Below, one piece after another: positions 33,966 to 38,917 of a DNA stretch of 38,917 nt (its first letter is position 1; the number at the start of each line of letters is the position of its first letter). A model generated the notes under the pieces. That model saw only the letters and a list, made by a program, of their open reading frames with translations. It was not told where the DNA came from and did no database searches. This DNA comes from Deltaproteobacteria bacterium. Its GTDB lineage: Bacteria; SAR324; NAC60-12. Made by a program: the position numbers and the translations under genes. The DNA lies in assembly GCA_038150265.1 (NCBI GenBank), contig JAYOTF010000032.1:1-38917 (forward strand). The letters run 5' to 3'.

Positions 33966-36900
33966 ATGAAGCCCTTATCTTTATCTCTGATTTATCCCTT
34001 CCTCTTCTTATTCCTCTGGAGCCTTCCCGCTGCCGTGAGCGCTCAGACCGAACCGGCTCCGGCCACAGCCAATGTTGAAGCCTCCGAAGAGGCGGAACGA
34101 TGGGATCAGTCCCGAACCCAAACCGAGCAGCAGTACAGCGAGGGCAACCTCGAAGAGGCGCTCAACTCAGCCAAGGAAACCGTTGCCATTGCCGACGAAG
34201 TCTTCGGCCCCGCTGACGCCCGCACCCTGGAAAGCTTCCTGCTGCAAGCACAGATTGAAAGTGACCTCGGGCTCTATGAAGAAGCCAATCAAACCTACCA
34301 GCACACGATTGAACTCGCCCAACAGGGTCCGGGACTGGAAGACCCCCTGACGCTCAACGTGGTGGACCGCTACGCCGATTTTCTTTCGTGGGTGGGCGAC
34401 TTCGAAAACGCTGAAGCGCTGCAGCGACAGGTCATTGACCTCTCAGCCACGGCCTTGGGGGCTGAGGCGCCACAAACCCTGCTGCGGCAACGGGCACTTG
34501 CGCTGAACCTTCAAAGCCAGGGACGCTTTCAGGAGGCGGACGAGTTGCTCACCCAAACCGCCACCCAGCTGCAGGCGGTCCTCGGCCCGGAAGATCCGGA
34601 GGTGCTGGAAACCCAGTCTCACCGGGTGCGGCTGCTGATGCAAACCGGCCAGCTGCCTCAAGCCCGAGAGCTCGTGGAGCCGCTTCTGCAGCAACAGCAG
34701 TTCAACTACGGCGACTCCGCCATTCCGACCCTCGAGTCTCAGGAAAATCTGGCTGAGATCCTCCGGCAGCAAGGAGAGTACGAAGCCGCAGAAGCACGCT
34801 TCCAGGAAATGCTTCAATTGGCTCAAGCCGAGCTGGGACCGGAAGACCCCCTGACGATTCAAGGCAAGAGCCACCTGGCTCAGCTTTATGAAGACACCGG
34901 ACGCCTCGATCAGGCGCTCCTCCTGCACCAGCAGGTCTATGATGTGGAAGTGGCCCTGCTGGGTCCGGACCACCCGAATGTTGCCACCGACCTCAACAAC
35001 ATCGCCAGCGTCCAACGGCGCATCGGCAAGCTCGCAGAGGCCGAACAGAACTTCCGGAGGTCCCTTCAGGTGATGTCGGAAACCCTGGGAGACGACTCGC
35101 CACAAGCCATCTCGGTCTCCAACAACCTGGCGCTGCTGCTCGAAAATCAGGGCATCTACGATGAAGCTGAGCCGCTCTACCAAAAAGCGCATGCCAGCGC
35201 CGACGTCGTTTTGGGCCCGGATCATCCGACCACCCTTGCTCTGGCCAACAACCTGGCCATGCTTTATGAGTCTCAGGGGGACTTCAGTCGGGCGGAACTG
35301 GCGTACAAGCAGGTCAACGAGCGCAATGCCGCAGTGCTGGGCCCCGAGCACCCCAGCACCCTGGCTGGGCTCAACAACCTGGGCTACCTCTACCTGCGGA
35401 TGGAACGTCCCGCTGAGGCCTTGCCGCTGTTCCAAAATGCCTACCGCCTCTGGTCAGACAGCCTCGGAGAAAAGCACCAGAACACCCTCAAGGCCCTCAA
35501 CAACCTCGGCCGGGTGCAGATGCAACTCGAAGACTACGAAAATGCTGAGCTGAACCTCCAGGCTGCGCTGGAAGGCCGCCAGGAAGTGTTTGGGGAGCGG
35601 CACCCGGATACGCTGCGAAGCATGAACGACATGGGGGTCCTGCTCGGCAAGCAGGAACGCACCGACGAAGGCGTGGACCTGCTCCGGAAGACCCTGGAGC
35701 TGGAAAAGGAAGTCCTGGGCGAGGCCCACCCCTACACCTTTGAAACCCGAAATGCCCTGGCCGATCTGCTGGAACAACTGGGTCAGCTCAATGATGCCTT
35801 CGAAATTCGCCGAGACGGATTTGCCCAGCGCAACACCTTCTTCGACCGCGTCCTTTGGGTCGCTGGAGACAACACCCGCAAGGGCTACATCAGCCTCCAC
35901 AAGCCAGAACAGGACGCCTACATCCGGAACCTCCTGCAACTCGAAGACACCGAGCTGGCCGCAAGGGAACTCCTGAACGTCAGCCTCCAGCGCAAGGGGT
36001 TGCTGCTCAAGATCACCAGCGAGACCCAGCAAATTGCCAAGCTGTCGAACGACCCGAAGCTGGCCGAAACGGCAGCCGGGCTGCTGACCGCCCGCAAGGA
36101 GCTCGCGGCCCTCACTCTGGCGGGCCCGACTCCGGAGAACAAGGACATCTTCCTCCAGCTGGTTCATAACCTTGAGGAACAGGTCAACAGCCTTCAGCTG
36201 AAGATTGGGGAGCAGAGCCTGCGCTTCCGGGAGTCCCGTCAAACCGTGTCCGCGGATCAGGTGCTGGAGGCCCTGGGGGACGTCGCCCTGGTGGACTTCC
36301 TGACCTACCAGGATGACATGGGCGACGCTTCACTGGTGGCCATTGTGGCCTCCGGAGGCTCCGTTCAGTATCACGATTATGGGACGTCGGACTACATCAC
36401 CGACATGATCATGGAGTACCGCGAGGTCATCCAGGACTTCGGAATGGCCGATGAAGACGTCAAGCTGGCGGGCTACGACATGTGGGATGTCCTGTGGTCT
36501 CCCCTGACGGAGGCCCTGGGCGAAAGTGAGGCCCTCTACCTGATCCCGGACGGGTCCCTCAACGTGCTTCCGTTTGATGCCCTGGTTGATGACAACGACG
36601 AGTACCTCATTCAGTCCCTCGACCTCCGGCTCATCAGCTCGGCTCGCGACCTCGTGCTGGATCCGCTTGCTCCTGCAACAGGCGAGGTGGTCATTGTCGC
36701 GGGTCCGGACTATGACACCGACCAGATCCTGCAGTCTCCCCAGGCCCGTGCCGTCACCGGAAAGCGTTCCGGAAGTGTGGCCCAGGGAGCCCGCATGGGC
36801 TCTGGACTCCGAGGCCTGAGCTTTGATCCGCTCCCCGGTGCCGAAAAGGAAGGCTCCATCATCGAAGCCGTCTCCAGGGACAAGGAGCGCGCCACTCAGA

Positions 36901-37499
36901 TCTTCTCCAAGCGAGATGGCGAGGAAGAGCAGCTCCGGTCGCTGCCGGAAGTGCCCGAGGTTCTGCACATTGCCACTCACGGCTTCTTCCTCAAGGAGGA
37001 AGAGCGGCTCGCCCAACGCATCGCCGGGCTCAACCGCGGAAGCACCAACCGGGTCCCTCCTCCGGGCGACAACCCGCTGCTCCGGGCGGGGCTGGCCTTT
37101 GCCGGCTTGAACGCCAATGCGCCTCTGCTCGGAGAGATTGACACCGACAACGACGGCGTCTTGACCGCAATGGAAGTGCTGTCGCTCGACCTCGTGGGCA
37201 CTCAACTCGTGGTGCTTTCTGCGTGTGAAACCGGATTGGGAGAAATTCATGACGGCGAAGGCGTCTATGGCCTGCGACGGTCCTTCCAGGAAGCCGGTGT
37301 CCGTGCCGTCGTCAACTCCTTCTGGGAGGTGAGCGATGACGGAACCCAGCACCTGATGACGGAGTTTTATGACCGCTACCTAGAGGGCACGTCTCCTCGA
37401 GACGCCCTCCGGGAAGCCCGGTTGGAGATGGTCAATGATCCGCGGTGGAGTTCCCCCTTCTACTGGTCGGCCTTTGCCCTGGTGGGGCGGAATAGCTAA
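33966..37499 (+). CDS. Exported TPR-repeat CHAT (caspase HetF-associated) protease
   Basis: Signal peptide ending VSA-Q; about a dozen or more 42-aa kinesin-light-chain-type TPRs (LGPDHP...NNLA); CHAT catalytic His (LHIATHGFF) and Cys (VLSACETG); C-terminal PFYWSAF. Confidence 0.92.
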   Translation: MKPLSLSLIYPFLFLFLWSLPAAVSAQTEPAPATANVEASEEAERWDQSRTQTEQQYSEGNLEEALNSAKETVAIADEVFGPADARTLESFLLQAQIESDLGLYEEANQTYQHTIELAQQGPGLEDPLTLNVVDRYADFLSWVGDFENAEALQRQVIDLSATALGAEAPQTLLRQRALALNLQSQGRFQEADELLTQTATQLQAVLGPEDPEVLETQSHRVRLLMQTGQLPQARELVEPLLQQQQFNYGDSAIPTLESQENLAEILRQQGEYEAAEARFQEMLQLAQAELGPEDPLTIQGKSHLAQLYEDTGRLDQALLLHQQVYDVEVALLGPDHPNVATDLNNIASVQRRIGKLAEAEQNFRRSLQVMSETLGDDSPQAISVSNNLALLLENQGIYDEAEPLYQKAHASADVVLGPDHPTTLALANNLAMLYESQGDFSRAELAYKQVNERNAAVLGPEHPSTLAGLNNLGYLYLRMERPAEALPLFQNAYRLWSDSLGEKHQNTLKALNNLGRVQMQLEDYENAELNLQAALEGRQEVFGERHPDTLRSMNDMGVLLGKQERTDEGVDLLRKTLELEKEVLGEAHPYTFETRNALADLLEQLGQLNDAFEIRRDGFAQRNTFFDRVLWVAGDNTRKGYISLHKPEQDAYIRNLLQLEDTELAARELLNVSLQRKGLLLKITSETQQIAKLSNDPKLAETAAGLLTARKELAALTLAGPTPENKDIFLQLVHNLEEQVNSLQLKIGEQSLRFRESRQTVSADQVLEALGDVALVDFLTYQDDMGDASLVAIVASGGSVQYHDYGTSDYITDMIMEYREVIQDFGMADEDVKLAGYDMWDVLWSPLTEALGESEALYLIPDGSLNVLPFDALVDDNDEYLIQSLDLRLISSARDLVLDPLAPATGEVVIVAGPDYDTDQILQSPQARAVTGKRSGSVAQGARMGSGLRGLSFDPLPGAEKEGSIIEAVSRDKERATQIFSKRDGEEEQLRSLPEVPEVLHIATHGFFLKEEERLAQRIAGLNRGSTNRVPPPGDNPLLRAGLAFAGLNANAPLLGEIDTDNDGVLTAMEVLSLDLVGTQLVVLSACETGLGEIHDGEGVYGLRRSFQEAGVRAVVNSFWEVSDDGTQHLMTEFYDRYLEGTSPRDALREARLEMVNDPRWSSPFYWSAFALVGRNS

Positions 37500-37532
37500 G
37501 GGGATCGTCTGAAAACGACCTTCCGTGCCCGG

Positions 37533-38390
37533 TTGCTCCAACCCATGTGGAGCCTGCACCTGGCCATTTTGGGATTTGGCCTGACCGGGCTCTTTGGCAA
37601 GTGGCTGCCTCACTCGCCGGTCGTCATCACTGCTGGACGAGCCGGGTTCGGCGCCCTGACCCTGCTCGGCCTCCTGCTGTGGCGCCGAGAGTCTCTTTGG
37701 GTGCCCCGGCGCGATGCAGCCTGGCTGGCCCTCACGGGGGTCATCCTGGCGGGACACTGGATGACCTTCTTCCACAGCATCCAGGTGTCTTCAGTTGCCA
37801 TTGGCCTGATGGCCTTTTCCAGCTCTCCGGTCTTCACGGTGCTGGTGGAGCCCTGGGTCTTCCGGGAACGGCTGCGTCCCATCGTGCTAGCCGCCGTTGG
37901 GGTCGTGGTGGTCGGACTGGTTCTCATTGCGACCTCCGGAGAGTCCCTCAGCTGGGAGTCTCAAACCCTGCAGGGGGTCGCATGGGGGCTGGTTGCCGGA
38001 ATGCTGCATGGGTTTCTCGGCATCCTCAACCGCCTTCACGTTCGTGCTCACTCAGCGCTGCGAGTGGGCTTCATTCAAGATGGCGTGGCGGCCCTCATTT
38101 TGTTGCCCTTTGCCCTTCACTCCTTTGCGGCCCTGTCCGGAAACGACTGGCTGCTGATTCTGCTCCTTGGTACGGTCTTCACGGCTGGGGCACACGGACT
38201 GCTCATCCATGTTCTGAAATTCGTTCAGGCCCAAGTGGCCAACCTGCTGGTTGCCGGCCTTGAACCCGTTTACGGAATCCTCCTGGCGCTGCTGCTGCTG
38301 GGAGAGGTTCCCGCCACTCAGGCCCTGTTGGGCGGTGTCTTGATCATCGCCTCCACGCTTTACATTACCGTTCATCCCCCCGGGGACTAA
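37533..38390 (+). CDS. DMT/EamA family transporter
   Basis: About 10 hydrophobic segments in two EamA repeats; SSPVFTVLVEP and LEPVYGILLA..LLGE. Start uncertain (TTG 37533, ATG 37545, or CTG 37509 after AAGGGG). Confidence 0.9.
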   Translation: MLQPMWSLHLAILGFGLTGLFGKWLPHSPVVITAGRAGFGALTLLGLLLWRRESLWVPRRDAAWLALTGVILAGHWMTFFHSIQVSSVAIGLMAFSSSPVFTVLVEPWVFRERLRPIVLAAVGVVVVGLVLIATSGESLSWESQTLQGVAWGLVAGMLHGFLGILNRLHVRAHSALRVGFIQDGVAALILLPFALHSFAALSGNDWLLILLLGTVFTAGAHGLLIHVLKFVQAQVANLLVAGLEPVYGILLALLLLGEVPATQALLGGVLIIASTLYITVHPPGD

Positions 38391-38411
38391 TCCTTCTTGT
38401 TCATCACGCTC

Positions 38412-38917
38412 ATGCCTGCAGATCCCAACCCGCCCCGCGACTCCGACGAGCCGAAACTCGAGCCCATCGAAGACAGTCGCCCCCTTCGCATCCGGAAGCG
38501 TCAGGAGTCACGACCCGCTCCTTCACGTCGACCCGCAGCGAAGGCTCCCCAAGACGACGTCTGGCCCCAGAAGGCTGAGGAACGACGCCATCGCCAGGAT
38601 CACCAGCGCTTCCGGGAACTCGCCTCCAGCGACCAGCTCTACGACCGCAGCAAGCCGCGCAGCTACCAGGACCGCTGGCAGGACCGGGACCGCCAACAGG
38701 ATCGCCTCCATGAACGCCGCCGGCCCGGAGGAGGACGCTCTCGGGAAGAAGGCTCAGAAAGAGGACGGCGCTCCGACTCACCACGCCCGCCTCGTAACCG
38801 TGAGGATCGCTCTCGTTGGGAAGATCGCCCCCGGAGAGACGACAGGCCTCGGAGAGATGACCGGTTTCAAAGGGACGAACGCCCCAGACGTGACGAACGA
38901 CCTCGGAGAGATGACCG
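38412..38917 (+). CDS. Partial ORF: Arg/Asp/Glu/Pro-rich disordered N-terminus, runs off the window end
   Basis: ATG 38412, open to the end of the window: MPADPNPPRDSDEPKLEP...EDRPRRDDRPRRDDRFQRDERPRRDERPRRDD; missing from the ORF track because it has no stop. Confidence 0.75.
   Translation, partial: MPADPNPPRDSDEPKLEPIEDSRPLRIRKRQESRPAPSRRPAAKAPQDDVWPQKAEERRHRQDHQRFRELASSDQLYDRSKPRSYQDRWQDRDRQQDRLHERRRPGGGRSREEGSERGRRSDSPRPPRNREDRSRWEDRPRRDDRPRRDDRFQRDERPRRDERPRRDD
38802..38917 (+). repeat. Degenerate 18-bp coding tandem repeat encoding (D/E)(D/E)RPRR
   Basis: Units gaggatcgctctcgttgg / gaagatcgcccccggaga / gacgacaggcctcggaga / gatgaccggtttcaaagg / gacgaacgccccagacgt / gacgaacgacctcggaga / gatgaccg (truncated). 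Confidence 0.85.

Noticed and set aside
33966..37499. TPR-CHAT as part of a type III-E CRISPR (Craspase) or other defence system
   Set aside because: No cas genes, array or Csx30/31-like genes in the window, and the protein has a signal peptide.
38802..38917. Repeat as a CRISPR array
   Set aside because: Contiguous, degenerate 18-bp in-frame units with no spacers; a coding repeat.

Overview
GC-rich (roughly 60-63% by eye) bacterial chromosomal window, densely coding and mostly housekeeping. I found no mobile element, CRISPR array, rRNA or tRNA. Gene order: TerB-like gene (-), DUF455 ferritin-like gene, polA, SMP-30 lactonase, exported thermonuclease-like gene, then a nucleoside ABC uptake/hydrolase operon translationally coupled to a FabH-like synthase, dacB and a TlpA thioredoxin. 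Next come a minus-strand CHASE2 adenylate cyclase-tlyA-parB operon (no parA), a stand-alone DEDDy exonuclease, a putative outer-membrane protein, an ACOT9-like thioesterase, a flagellar hook cluster (fliJ-motE-like-fliK-flgD-flgE), galM, a CASTOR/POLLUX-like ion channel, a hypothetical protein, an ABC-F ATPase, an exported TPR-CHAT protease, a DMT transporter and a truncated Arg/Asp-repeat ORF. The gene content suggests a diderm, delta-proteobacteria-like organism (possibly SAR324-like; inference only). The most notable signals are (1) strong over-representation of the palindrome TCCGGA in all reading frames, reminiscent of cyanobacterial HIP1, (2) a highly structured 400-bp intergenic region carrying an unannotated 26-aa ORF with a strong SD and a downstream anti-SD, (3) an orphan ParB lacking the usual ParA-activating N-terminus, and (4) an exported caspase-like CHAT protease. 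All family assignments come from motif recognition by eye, not from database searches.
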